64,000 nucleotides of DNA from Octopus vulgaris (lineage: Eukaryota), in contig OX597821.1 in the NCBI GenBank assembly GCA_951406725.2, positions 105,338,001 through 105,402,000 of the forward strand, written 5' to 3'. Of the stretch, positions 26,568-42,065 are shown one piece after another. The number at the start of each line of letters is the position of its first letter. Within the stretch, counting starts at the first letter, position 1. Position numbers and translations under genes: made by a program. The notes under the pieces are model-generated. The model did no database searches. It saw nothing but the letters and a program-made list of their open reading frames with translations, and was not told where the DNA came from.

Positions 26568-27171
26568 CCTCTTCAATAAAATACCGCTATCATACTGACT
26601 CAATATTAACTATTAACGCACTACGATAAGCAATATTGTAGTCTCTTCCACCAAGTGTGTCGATCAACTGTGTAGCAGTATAGCATATTTTTATAAGTGC
26701 CAGCCCATTATATTTGCTCAATAATGAAATATAAAGTAATTTATAACTAACTTTATGATATGTTTCTTTATATATAGAATGCACAACCTTCGTAATTTTA
26801 TCCATTCCTAAGAGAGAAGTAACTCAGCAAGTTTTGGTGTCCAAATTTACTTACTACTACGATAATTTACTTCTATGAGACACGAATTAAATATTCCCCA
26901 TAAGCTATACCCTTGCAAATGTAATATAAAACTTTCATGTTTTATATTTGAAGACGCTTCTTCTTTTAATTCACAGACATAAATTTATTGCGCACTACAT
27001 TTTGTGTACTTGTGCACATTCGAGGATTAAATATTGCCCTTAGATCAAGGAAGTTTATATAGACTGCATTCATGTGTCTGTATCTTGTATACATTTATAC
27101 ACACACAAAACATACGCACAATGCTATATATACATATGTGTGTGTGTTTGGGTCTGTGTATTTATATATAT

Positions 27172-27571
27172 ATTTCTTTACTACCCACAAGAGGCTAAAC
27201 ATAGAGGGGACAAACAAGGACAAACAAAGGTATTAAGTCGATTACATCGACCCCTGTGCGAAAGTGGTACTTTATTTATCGACCCCGAAAGGATGAAAGG
27301 CAAATCGATCTCGGTGGAATTTGAACACAGAACGTAATGGCAGGCGAAATACCTATTTATTTACTACCCACAGAGGGGACAAACAAGGACAGACAAAGGG
27401 ATTAAATCGATTACATAGACCCCAGTGCGAAACTGGTACTTTATTTATCGACCCCGGAAGGATGAAAGTCAAATCGACCTCGGCGGAATTTGAACTCAGA
27501 ACGTAACGACAGACGAAATACCGCTAAGCATTTCGTCCGGCGCGCTAACCTTTCTGCCAGCTCGCCGCCTT
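27172..27571 (-). mobile_element. SINE family 1 with tandemly duplicated body
   Basis: Two consecutive ~170 bp body units (27172-27350, 27351-27520) and one head. Confidence 0.9.
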
Positions 27572-28243
27572 CTGTGTATTTATATATACTTATACAGATA
27601 TCTAAATAGATGTACTGATACGTATGCATTAATTTCATCAATAATGTATATGTTCCCATTTCCCTGTGTATCGATTCCTCATGTAAATAAATCTTAGTTT
27701 AAGTAGAATATCGTGGTTGTTATCTTTCCCTTTTGTATTTAAATATTAGTTGGTTTAACTCATTCAACTCATCGACATTCTATATTTCTGTAAGAAACTT
27801 CTTATGCATTACTTTCTGCCGTTGTTTCGGTGCATTCTTAATTTAAAGAACTGCCTTTATCTTTCTACTAAGGTCGTTATTTTTTCCCCTAATTTATAAC
27901 ACTCAGTATATTCACTTTCTTTATTATCAAGCTCCTTTATATTCATTAACTTCCCACTTTTTTTTTACATTGCAGCATAACGTTGTTTATACATTTTGGT
28001 TTAATGTTTAACAATTCTAGGCTTTCGACATAAACAACAGTTTTAATACGTCTTTCATTTAATTAGTCTTTTGTAAATACCAATTATGCAGTGCATAAAT
28101 TCCTATATAATGCACTTATAACGCAGTTCGACTTTGTTATTGCTGCACTCTGTATCAATATTGACTTTGCACGCCATTCAAAATATCAGTAGACTTTATT
28201 AGGTTGATTTGTAAGCAGCCATTTTTTAAAGTATTTATTATTG

Positions 28244-28753
28244 TTGAGACCCCCTTCATGTATGACTGACTGTGGGATTGCACCTAGAAAGTTACCCTCC
28301 GAGGCACAAGTCTGGGTAAGGTTGTTTATGGAATACCAGAAGTCACCCATGCATATCAGCCTCCCCTCTCCACGCTACCGATGTTATCTAAGGGAAAGGC
28401 AAAGGCCGATACAGCTCGGCACCAGTGAAGTCACAGCTCAATTATTAACGTGCAACTAGTTGAACACTCCACAGACATGTGTACCCTGAACGTAGTTCTA
28501 GGGGAAATTCAGCGTGACACAGAATGTGACAAGGCTAGCCCTTTGAAATACAGGTACAACAGAAACAGGAAGAAAGAGTGAAAGACAGTTGTGGTGAAAG
28601 AGTACAACAGGGTTCACCACTACCCCCTGCCAGAGCCTCGTAGAGCTTTAGGTGTTTTCGCTCAATAAACACTCACAAGGCCCAGTCTGGGAATCGAAAC
28701 CACGATCCTACGACCACGAGTCTCCTGCTCTAACCAGTGGGCTATTGCGCCTC
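28244..28753 (-). mobile_element. tRNA-derived SINE (head A) with long distinct tail
   Basis: Head gaggcgcaatagccc.ctggttagagcag..gtttcgattccca; shared body up to ..tctttcttcctgtt. Confidence 0.85.
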
Positions 28754-29220
28754 TAAATTATTTATTATATATCAGGTAATACTTCATATCGTCAACGTCT
28801 TTCCGAATGTAATTATTTTGCAGTTATTATTTGTAGTTAACTCTAACCAAGCACATCTTGTTAGGAAGAAGGTGAACAGCTATGATAATCTCATAAGTTT
28901 TTGGATGTTCGTAAATATTTTATAGCGGTTGATTCCAAGAATTTAGTATCCTCAGTTGCCATTTTAGTTTTTATTTTCACCTTTTTTCGTCTCTTTTTTT
29001 TCTTTTATGACTAACAGCTAGCACGCCTGGAAGAAATGATTAGTGACATTTCGCCCCCCTTTACATTCAAGGTTCCAATTCCGCCAAGGTCGACTCGTCA
29101 TTAATCCTACTCCAGTAGAGCACTGGTATCCGTGAAATCCACATACACCTATCCTGAAATTGCCGGTCTTGAGCTAAAACTTGAGACCTTTATTAGTATG
29201 TATGTATGTATGTATATATT

Positions 29221-29668
29221 GGTGGCGCAATGACCCACCGGTTAGGGCAACGGACTCGCGGTCGTAGGATCGCGGCTTCGATACCCAGACCGGGTGTTGT
29301 GAGTGTTTATTGAGCTTAAACACCTAAACCTCCAGGAGTTTCCGGCAGGGGGTTATAGTGATCCCTTCTGTACTCTTTCACCAGAACATTCTCTCACTCT
29401 TTCTACTGTTGGCCTTCTCGCTTAGCCAGCGGTGTGAATCATTTGATATATATATATCATGTGATATCATGTGATATCATGTGATATATATATATATGTG
29501 GTATCATGTGATATATATATATATATATATATATATCACGGGATCACGTGACCCACCAGGCCATCAGATGTTGTTACATATTGCTGGCTACAATGTCTTT
29601 CGCATTGTTTTAGCCTTCAAATGATACCACACCGCTGGCTAAGCGAGAAGGCCAACGGTAGCAAGAGT
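29221..29668 (+). mobile_element. tRNA-derived SINE (head A) with inverted, partly duplicated 3' part
   Basis: Head 29221-29446 on +; 29617-29661 is the reverse complement of 29404-29446. Confidence 0.8.
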
Positions 29669-30364
29669 AGAAAGAATAGCCAACACTTTTTGACTGTTAT
29701 TTCTAACTTCGGTGTGTGGTGAGGCAAATCGTTGCTGAACCCTTAATTACTTAGTATTACTTAAACCTTCCTTAAATGGGTCTTTTAAATGCCGAACTCT
29801 ACTTAGTGAAATTAATGATTATTTCTAAATTAATTAATTTCACCCTTTATTATTGATATATATATATATATATATATACATATCTTTGTTTACGAGAAAT
29901 TGAAAATGTTAATTCCTATTAATTTATATCTCTGTATTTTAAGCTGGAATTTTTACAGCTATCATTTATGAATGAAACTATCCCTATTGCTTTTGTTTGT
30001 TGCTAATTACACGATATTGAAATGTTAGTATGAAAGTTATTCCATGTGAAATATAGTTCATTACTGTACAACACACTACACAGAATGGAATACACGCCTT
30101 GTTTATCGTCGTAAAAATGATTCTGATTAGATTTATAATGTTTTTGTTTCGTTTTAGACAAATAATATCAAAATGACTGATGATAACAATTTGTTGTTTA
30201 TTAAACTCCTGATCAGTCATTATCGATCAGACGAATGAACAATGGCATTTCAAACTTGAAATTTCTCTTTTGTTTACCACGCCATATGCTTCTAACAACA
30301 GCGTTGAATCTGTCATTCTCTTTTATTCGATCGCGTTATGATGAGTATTAAAATAACTACTGTA

Positions 30365-30895
30365 AGGCGGTGAGCTGGCAGAATCGTTAGTACGCCGGGC
30401 GAAATTTTTAAGTACCAGTTACGCACTGGGGATCGTCATAATCGACTTAATCCGTGTATCTGTCCTTCTTTGTCCTCTCTGTGTTTAGCCCCTTGTGAGT
30501 ACTAAAGAAATAGGTATTTCGTCTGTCTTTGTGTTCTGAGTTCAAAATCCGCCGAGGTCGACTTTGCCTTACATACTTTCGGGGTCAATAAATTAAGTAC
30601 CAGTTACGCATTGGAGTCGATATAATCGATTTAATCCCTTTGTCTGTCCATGTTTGTGCCCTCTATGTTTAGCCTCTTGTGGGCAATAAAAAAATAAAAA
30701 CGTTAGCACGCTGGGCAAAGTGCTTAGCGGCATTTCGTTTGTCTTTACGTTCTGAGTTCAAATTCCACCGAGGTCGACTTTGCCATTCATCCTTTCGGTG
30801 TCGATAAATTAAGTACCAGTTGCGTGCTGGGGTCGATCTAATCGACTGGTCACCTCCCCCAATATTTCAAGCCTTGTGCCTTGAGTAGTAAAGTA
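30365..30895 (+). mobile_element. SINE family 1 composite (three body units, last with a different tail)
   Basis: ggcggtgagctggcagaatcgttag head; repeated gttctgagttcaaa..ccgaggtcgactttgcc..aattaagtaccagtt. Confidence 0.9.
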
Positions 30896-31153
30896 TATTA
30901 TAACTACTGTATCGAGTGACACCTTAGTAGCTTCCCCCGTTGCTTCTCTTCTCTACTTTATCTGTATGCAGTATGTCCAGAAAAACAAGTGTTCTGATAG
31001 TTATAATCTTCCATAGCATAGTATTGGCAAAAATATTTTCACAAATGCTATGATACTTTGAGAGCAACAGCTCTTCAGCTCTTTTGATGAACAATATCCA
31101 TGTTTTAAACAACTTCGTTACATTTGTGTACTTGATTGCAAGAAAATGTAATT

Positions 31154-31214
<61 letters not shown>

Positions 31215-31761
31215 CCTTATCAAAATTTGAATCTTAAATTAACATTGTGCTGCTGACAAACCCGATTATGCATGTTCTCTAAAATATCATAAACAGAACT
31301 AAGTTATTTGTGTAAAATATTGTTGGAAGAAATTTGACGTAATATTACTTATATCGTTTGATGAGCCGATAATTTATGGTGACATTAAACGTACCAACAC
31401 CGGTTGTCAAACAGTGATGGGGGGAACGGAAATAAAGACATACTCCCATATTCATGTGTGTGTGCGTGTGCGCGCGTGTATTCATTTTCCGTCTACCAAA
31501 TGCACTCGCAAGTTTTTAGTCAGCCCGAAGTCATAGTAAAAGGAACTTGCTAAAGTAAGGATGTGGCTGGGAAGAAAGTTCATGGGGGAAAATATTTTAT
31601 ATAAATTTCAACAACGAGTCACATTAACAATGACGTCGCTGAAGGTTTAATGATGTCGCAGTAGATTTTGAGGTGAAAAAAAAAACTTGTAGACTGGATC
31701 ATGATTAGAGTTCATCGCACTGTATTCTCAGAGATTATCACCAGTGATTATTCATTTTATA

Positions 31762-31946
31762 CTCCTTTCTTTTATTTGTTTCAGTCATTTGACTGCGGCC
31801 ATGCTGGAGCACCGCCTTTAGTCGATCAAATCCACTCCAGGACTAATTCTTTATAAGCCTAGTACATATTCTATCGGTGTCTTTTACAGAACCACTAAGT
31901 TACAGGGACGTAAACACACCACCATCAGTTGTCAAGTGCTGGTGGG

Positions 31947-32017
<71 letters not shown>

Positions 32018-32170
32018 TACGACGGGCTTCTTTCAGTTTCCGTCTATCAAATACACTCACAAGGCTTTGGTCGGCCCGAGGCTGTAGTAGAAGACACTTA
32101 CCCAAGGTGCCGCGCAGTGGGACTGAACCCGGGACCATGTCGTTCGTTATCACACAGCAACTCCTGTGCC
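31762..32170 (-). mobile_element. SINE family 2, near full length
   Basis: High similarity to 7177-7580. Confidence 0.9.
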
Positions 32171-33209
32171 TATATTTTATGTTAAAATTTCCAAACATAC
32201 TTGAAGATATTGTGTGTCAGTAACAATACGTCTGCAGTTTCCGCGTAGCTGACCAATTTATATGAAAATCATACGTTTATTTGATGAAAGCCGACTTGTG
32301 ACTACAGAATAACAGTTATAGCACAGCGGCTAAACATATTTCAATGTGTGCGTTGAAAGGATTCCTGTTGCAAAACTATTAAAGCGAATATTAAACAATA
32401 ATCAGCTCGTAATCGTCAAATCTACAGACACTGCCACCTGTAATTCGCCTATCCAGTTCATCCAATTTATCAGGAATTTAGAAACAGTTATTGACAAAAT
32501 AATCTATCGTTTCATTACGTTGGCTGCAAAACCTGCTATCGAAAGTATCCCGCATACGCAATGAAGACATTAATTTTATCAACTTTAACAGCTTCATTTA
32601 CCGTGATATGTCGCTGTAGTATTATTGATCTGTGGATTATAGATAATACTCTTTTAGTTAAGTTGAAGAATTTTTATTTTCCACATTCAGCAAATAATCG
32701 CATTATTGCAACTAAATGATTTTTTTATAGTTTATATCAACGGGTGTTTGCAAAAGATTAAAAACATGGTGATCAGATAAAAACCATCGATTTCTTATAT
32801 ATCAAATGTCACTTCACTGTCCCTCAGTGAGCTTGACAGAATTAAAAACAATAGAAACTGTAAAATCGTATTGCTAGTATTTCTAATAGAGAAGGTAGTA
32901 ATAAAGATGATAATAACTATAAAAATAATTATTTTTCTTTGTTGTAATATAAATGGAAGAAGCAGTAGTAGAAGTAGCGGGAGCAGCAGTCGCTGTGGCA
33001 AAGTAGTAAAATCATTGGAGAATCGGAAATATTTGGCATGCTGCATTTGTCCGGGCGATTTTCTTCCTGTGTTCTAATCCGGCCGGGTTCTGATAAGCGA
33101 GAATCCCTGATGATTATTACAACTTAAGTTATCGTCTATATATTCACTTTAAATTTACTAATCTTTTTTCGTAAACCATCACCTTCCTCATTACTATAAA
33201 GTAAGACAC

Positions 33210-33577
33210 TGGTGCATGCCATCAAAGTGAGGCTGAGGTTACAAATATACGAAACCCAATAAAATTATCCCGAGTGCCCGTTTGCTTAGAGTACACCATG
33301 TGTCGTAACATGGTGAATTCAAAATAAGAAGAAAAGTGCATACACATGCAACACAGTCTCGATTTCAAATCGGAAAATATTCCACTTAACACGTGCCTAT
33401 GATGGTCCCTTACTGCTTCTGCTTGTGATCAGAAGGTTAGCCCATCTAGCTTACGTGAAGGAACTATCTGCGGTAGTTAGAATGTTTGCTGCAGACCTTG
33501 TTTTATACACCAAGCCAAAATATGTACATATTAATAATTTCAATTGTTAAGATCGGGACTGCATCTGGGTATTTATG
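33210..33577 (-). mobile_element. Diverged, internally deleted copy of the TAA-associated non-autonomous element
   Basis: gtgcatgccatcaaagtga at left, ctgcatctgggtattta at right, matching both ends of 37131-37690. Confidence 0.75.
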
Positions 33578-33605
33578 ATTATTATTACTATTATTATTAT
33601 TGATT

Positions 33606-34087
33606 ATGCCATCAAAGTGACACTGGGGTAAAATATACGAAGCCCAATATACCCATCATGACTACCCGTCTGATAAAGGTACACCAGGCACATGCATCAC
33701 AACCATATGTGCGCGACATGGTGATCTCATATCAAGATAAACAGCACATGACCTTGCAGGTGGGGCCCAGTTAGAATTTTCTTCAGGTTGAGTAGCCCAT
33801 CCCGCTCAAACGGTCCCCGAATAAGGGTTGTTTAAGGATGTTGAAAGAACCACCCATGTTTCCAGAGGTGAACTATTCAAACCCCAAAGCATCCCTCTCA
33901 ACACATGGCTATGATGCTCCCCCACTACTTCTGCTCGTGATCAGAGATGCACATATCGTCAGCCACTAAGGGACATGCTCAACTGGTTACGGTCAAACAA
34001 CTGACAAGCAAATCTGTGGTATTGAGCAGAATATTTGCTGTAGCCCATCTTTTATACCAAGACAAAACAATGTACATGATAACACTT
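33606..34087 (-). mobile_element. TAA-associated non-autonomous element, slightly 5'-truncated
   Basis: High similarity to 37147-37626; flanked by (TTA)n on both sides. Confidence 0.9.
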
Positions 34088-34100
34088 ATTATTATTATTA

Positions 34101-34183
<83 letters not shown>

Positions 34184-34186
<3 letters not shown>

Positions 34187-34530
34187 TAGTTTTATTTTTA
34201 TAGCGTGCTTTCACTTCACTACCGAGCGCAGCTCTGTGTGCCTTGGGTATGTGCTGTGATTTGTTGTGATGCTCTGATGGTTATTGTATGGAAAGTGTTC
34301 TGCGTAGGATGTGTGCAGTGCCTAGTAGTGCAATTTCCTCTATGTTATATGTGTTTGTAAGTCCTGGTGTTCTTGTTATGTATTTGTCTGAATATTTTTT
34401 TATCATGCCTAATGCACCTACTATGATAGGAATTGTTTCTGTTTTCAGGTTCCACATTCTAGTTACCTCTATTTCCAGGTCTTTGTATTTTGAGAGTTTC
34501 TCCATTTCTTTTAGAGACACGTTGTCATCA
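34184..34530 (-). mobile_element. R4/Dong-like non-LTR retrotransposon subfamily A, short 5'-truncated copy (RLE end + 3' UTR)
   Basis: EKLSKYKDLEIEVTRMW..IPIIVGALG..LLGTAHILRRTL*; near-identical to 37765-38110; TTA tracts both sides. Confidence 0.92.
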
Positions 34531-34544
34531 TTATTATTATTATT

Positions 34545-34639
34545 GAGTGAGAGAGCAGTTCATGCCATCAAAGTGACACTGGGGTAAAATATACGAAGCC
34601 CAATATACCCATCATGACTACCCGTCTGATAAAGAGGCA

Positions 34640-34641
<2 letters not shown>
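34545..34641 (-). mobile_element. 3'-terminal ~95 bp of the TAA-associated non-autonomous element
   Basis: gagtgagagagcagt.catgccatcaaagtgacactgggg between TTA tracts. Confidence 0.88.
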
Positions 34642-34735
<94 letters not shown>

Positions 34736-34785
34736 TACTACTATTATTATTACTATTCTTCTTATTATTATTATCATTATTATTC

Positions 34786-35510
34786 TATGTTTGACTTTTG
34801 CTTTATGTCTGTACAAGTTGGCTCCAAGTCTCACCCAGAGACCTCAAGAGACAACAGGTTGGATGTTCACGTTGTTGTTATGCCTAGTGTGCCATATATT
34901 TGGGGGTTTTTTGTGTTGTACTAGTGAATGTATAATAATAAAAAAAAATAGTTTGTTTTAAACCTTGGGATTACATAGAGAGTATTTTGCGTAGGATATG
35001 AGCAGTTCCCATGAGCACTATCTTTTGAATTTCTGCCATTTTGGGGTTTCCTGGTATCTGAGTTAGGTAGCAATCAGTCCCTTTCGCTATCATTCCCAGG
35101 GCACCTATTACAACAGCTACTGTTTTAGTCTTCAGGTTCCACATTTTGCTGATTTCTATTTCAAGATCTTTATATTTGCTCAGTTTTGGTAGGTCTTGAC
35201 AGATACGTTTATATCGATTGGGACAGTCATATCAATGAGGAGGCAGGTTCTTTGTCTGAAGTATTTCAATATGATGTCTGGCCTATTTGCATCTATCTTT
35301 CTGTCAGTTTGAATGGTGAAGTTCCAGAGGAGTGAGATGTGGTCATTTTAAAGCACTGGAGGTGGATTGTGTTCTCACCAGTTTTTTTTTCATGGGGCAA
35401 ATCCAAGTTTTTGCAAATTACCCAGGGAATATATTGTGCAGCTCTATCATGCAAGTTGAGGTACTCTGTAGGCGCTAGAAGACTGCATTTGGAGACAACA
35501 TGATCAATGG

Positions 35511-35514
<4 letters not shown>
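34786..35514 (-). mobile_element. R4/Dong-like subfamily C, 5'-truncated, frameshifted (partial zinc knuckle, RLE, 3' UTR)
   Basis: TIDHVVSKC..LAPTEYLNLHDRAAQYI, NRPDI, GTAHILRKILSM* (stop 34971-34973); own 3' UTR. Confidence 0.85.
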
Positions 35515-35543
<29 letters not shown>

Positions 35544-35544
<1 letters not shown>

Positions 35545-37074
35545 TTTTTTTTTCTTCTTTCAAATTTTCTTCCATTTCTTGCCGAGTGTCTTCCTGACTC
35601 CTAGGGCAAAGAAACTCATAGTGTATGTTGGTAGGCCATTAAACCAAACTCAGTAGTTCGTTAATTTTTTTTTTTTTTTTTTTTTTTTAGTTAAATTAAA
35701 ATGCATGAGCAGCAACAGTTCTCACATCGACAATGCTCTTCTCAATACGTGTGATGTACCAGTTAAGACAATCTTTTGCACTTCTTGCACGGATGGTAAG
35801 CCAGGGATCATTCTCATATAATTTTTGGTTCCCTTCTTGATCATTCCTAGTGCTCCTACGATCACTGGTATTGTAACCGCCTTGAGATGACACATTTTCT
35901 CAATTTCAATGAGTAGGTCTTTATATTTTCTGAGCTTGTCAAACTCTTTCGCTGAGATATTATGATCACAGGGGATGCTCATGTCGATCAATAAGCAAAC
36001 TTTATTGTCTTGGTCTTTCACAACAATATCTGGTCTATTGGCCTTGATGGTTCGGTCTGTATGTACTGGAAAGTCCCACAGAATGGTTACATTTTCTCCT
36101 TCAATTACAGCCTCAGGGTGGTGATTATACCACTTGTTGGCAGTTTTGATATTGTAATGCCGACTTATTAGTCAGTGGAGATATTGGCCAACTCTGTCAT
36201 GTCTTAATTTATACTCCACTGGTGCTAAGACTTTACATCCAGAGATTAGGTGGTCCACTGTTTCAATCATGTCGTTGCAGAATCGGCATTTTGGGTCTGC
36301 TCCATTTTTCATCACATTGGCCTGGTAGTTCCGGGTTGATAGGCTTTGGTCTTGAGCAGCCAGGATGAAACCTTCGCTCTCTGCTTTTAGCCCTGAGCTC
36401 CGCAGCCACTGATGGGTTTGCTTCTGGTCAACATCAGCTTGTTTGCTGCGGGTCACATATTTGCCGTGCAGAGGTTTCTCCTCCCACCTATCAGCCAATT
36501 GCTCGTGCGCTTTTTTCATTGCCATCATTTTCACCTTCTTTGCAACAATAGTTGCCGTACTTCCCTTGGGTTGTTCAGTTTGGGTATCCTGCACGAGATC
36601 AATAGCAAATTTTTTGCTTTCCTTGATGATAGAATGAAGCTTCTTTCGTCTCTCGTGATTTTCCACGATCTTTAGCATCCAGTCATTCGATATTTCGAGA
36701 TATTTGGCCAGTCCAATTGTGGTTGTTTTGTAAGCTAGTTCAAATTGGATCAGGCCTCGACCTCCTTGGGCTCTGGGAAGGTAAAGGCGATCTACGTCTG
36801 CCTTTGGGTGGTGCATCCTATTACAACTCAGCAGCTTGCGTATTTTTCTATCTATATTCTTTACTTCACTCATATTCCAGTTCAACACATTGTAGCTATA
36901 AGTAACAACTGGAACTGCTAGGGAATTTATAGCTAACACCTTGTTACGTGCATTTAGTTCAGATTTCAGGACTGTACGAACTCTCCTATAACATTCCTTC
37001 CTGATTTTCTCTTTCATGCTTGCATGCTGAATACCAGAGCCTTCATTTATCCCTAAATATTTGTATGTTTGTTC

Positions 37075-37077
<3 letters not shown>
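35544..37077 (-). mobile_element. R4/Dong-like subfamily B, 5'-truncated (RT thumb, CCHC zinc knuckle, RLE, 3' UTR)
   Basis: One reading frame 37077 to 35722 with a single TGA at 36172-36174: YKYLG, GGRGL, CRFC..ETVDHLISGC, RHD, ILWDF, NRPDIVV, KYKDL. Confidence 0.93.
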
Positions 37078-37130
<53 letters not shown>

Positions 37131-37685
37131 GAGTGATAGAGCAGTGCATGCCATCAAAGTGACATTGGGGTAAAATATAGAAAGCCCAGTATACCCATCA
37201 TGACTACCCATCTGACAAGGGTACACTAGGCACATGCATCACAACCATATGTGCGCGACATGGTGATCTCATATCAAGATAAAGAGCACATGACCTTGCA
37301 GGAGGGGCGCAGTTGTAATTTTCTTCAGGTCGAGTAACGCTTTCCTTTAAAAAGGTCACTGAATAAGGGTTGTTTAAGGATGTTGAACGTAACACCCATG
37401 TTTCCAGAGGTGATTTATTCAAACCCCACACAATCCCTCTCAACACATGGTTTTGATGCTTCCCCACCACTTCTGCTCTTGATCAGAGATGCACATATCG
37501 TCAGCCACTAAGGGACATGGTTATCTGGTTAAGGTCAAACAACTGGCAAACAAATCTGTGAGATTGAGCAGAATATTTGCTACAGCCCATCTTTTATACC
37601 AAGACAAAACAATGTACATGATAACAATACCAATCAGTTAAGATCAGAAGCCACAAGAGCCACTGCCTGGTATTGCATCGGGACA

Positions 37686-37690
<5 letters not shown>
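37131..37690 (-). mobile_element. Full-length ~560 bp non-coding element inserted in (TAA)n
   Basis: Bounded by pure TTA tracts; five more copies or fragments in the window; no obvious tRNA A/B boxes or ORF. Confidence 0.88.
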
Positions 37691-40670
<2,980 letters not shown>

Positions 40671-40699
40671 TTGATGTAATTGTTGTTGATGCTGTTATT

Positions 40700-40778
40700 G
40701 AGAGAGAGATCAATGCATGCCATCAAAGTGACACTGGGATACAAATATACGAAGCCTGACATTACTATTAGAGTGCCC
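40700..40778 (-). mobile_element. 3'-terminal fragment of the TAA-associated non-autonomous element
   Basis: gagagagagatcaatgcatgccatcaaagtgacactggga. Confidence 0.8.
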
Positions 40779-40789
40779 AATATTGTGAT

Positions 40790-41500
40790 TTTTGTTTATT
40801 GAAATTGTCTTCCGGGTTTTGTATTGTCTGTCAAGTTACAACAAGGACCTCAGACAGACAGTACTTTACGCAACATGCGTGGCATTGCAACTAATGCCGA
40901 TTTTTGCAATACACCTTGTTTGTAGGGTATTTCTAAGGATTCTTCTTTAGATTGGGTGGTATTGAACCCAATGGTCAGATGATAATGGGATGCATTTTAT
41001 ATTTGATTCTTGGCTATCTGAGTTCTCAGGCTCCATATTCATCGCTCTATTCTCTTTCTTTCATGATAATATATCGATCACCTGGCACTGCCCCGCCCAT
41101 TATTAGGCACTCTTGGTTGTCCTTCATAAAGGTTCTAACAACATGTGTTCTAACCATGTTTTTCTAGAATTCAAAATCCGAAAGAATTTTTTGCCGTTTC
41201 TTTTCTTTCATTGGCACCAAACACCTGTTACATCGTATCCATGCTTCCGACATGGTAACCAGTGAAGATGTTGCGCTACCTCGTCATGTCCGCACAAAAT
41301 ATTCACAAGCACTAACAATGTGAGTCACGTTTTCGACCCTCTATCCATACAGAGGATCAGTTTTCTTTTTTAGGCCACACTTTCTGAGCCACCTCCATGA
41401 TGTTTCCTGATGTTTTAAAATGTTAGTTACAAGGTGGAACTAGCCACGTAATTCCATGTACAATAGAGTTTCTTCTTAGACCATTCGTGATCGGAATTTA
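40790..41500 (-). mobile_element. R4/Dong-like subfamily D, old decayed 3' part
   Basis: WRWLRKCGLKK, ENVTHIVSAC, PIII.PLGSIPPNLKKN, LQKSAL..MLRKVLSV*. Confidence 0.8.
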
Positions 41501-41764
41501 TTAGCACTCACTAGAATTGAACGCGCAATCTTGGGGTTAGAAGCCAGCACTCTTAGACATTACGCTATATGCACATGAGCTATTATATAGAGAAATTCAG
41601 GGTTTATGAACCTAATATTTTTGTATCCTACCTCAATACCAGTTCCCCTATTCTACTCATATCTTCGCTAGGTCTACTGAGGAGGTTACTGTGTACTAGC
41701 ATATGTGTTGCCTCTTTTAGTTTTCGTAGGAATGAGAACAGAGGGATGTGTTAAAAATTCTAAC

Positions 41765-41855
41765 GAGGATGAAGGCTGGGGAGTAAATCAGCCGAAACGT
41801 TGTGATAGCAACAAAGAAGATGAGGGTACATATGTGTCCAATGGAAATAATGTAG
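41765..41855 (+). mobile_element. Second copy of the hammerhead-bearing short repeat
   Basis: gatgaa-GGCTG-gggagtaaat-CAGCC-GAAACGTTgtg..caacaaa.aagatgagg..aataatgta, related to 17200-17315. Confidence 0.5.
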
Positions 41856-41998
41856 TAGTAATACTGGTGTTACTATTATTATCAGTGGTAGTACAGTATT
41901 AGTAGCAACGACAGTAGCATTACCTTGGAAGTAAACGCACTCACTCAAACGTGCACGCTCGTACATATACATGTATATATGTATGCATGCATGCATGC

Positions 41999-42056
<58 letters not shown>

Positions 42057-42065
42057 GCATATATC

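Noticed and set aside
27760-28230. Possible old Penelope GIY-YIG remnant (similar hint at 7730-7900)
   Set aside because: Only vague motif resemblance; cannot be supported without alignment
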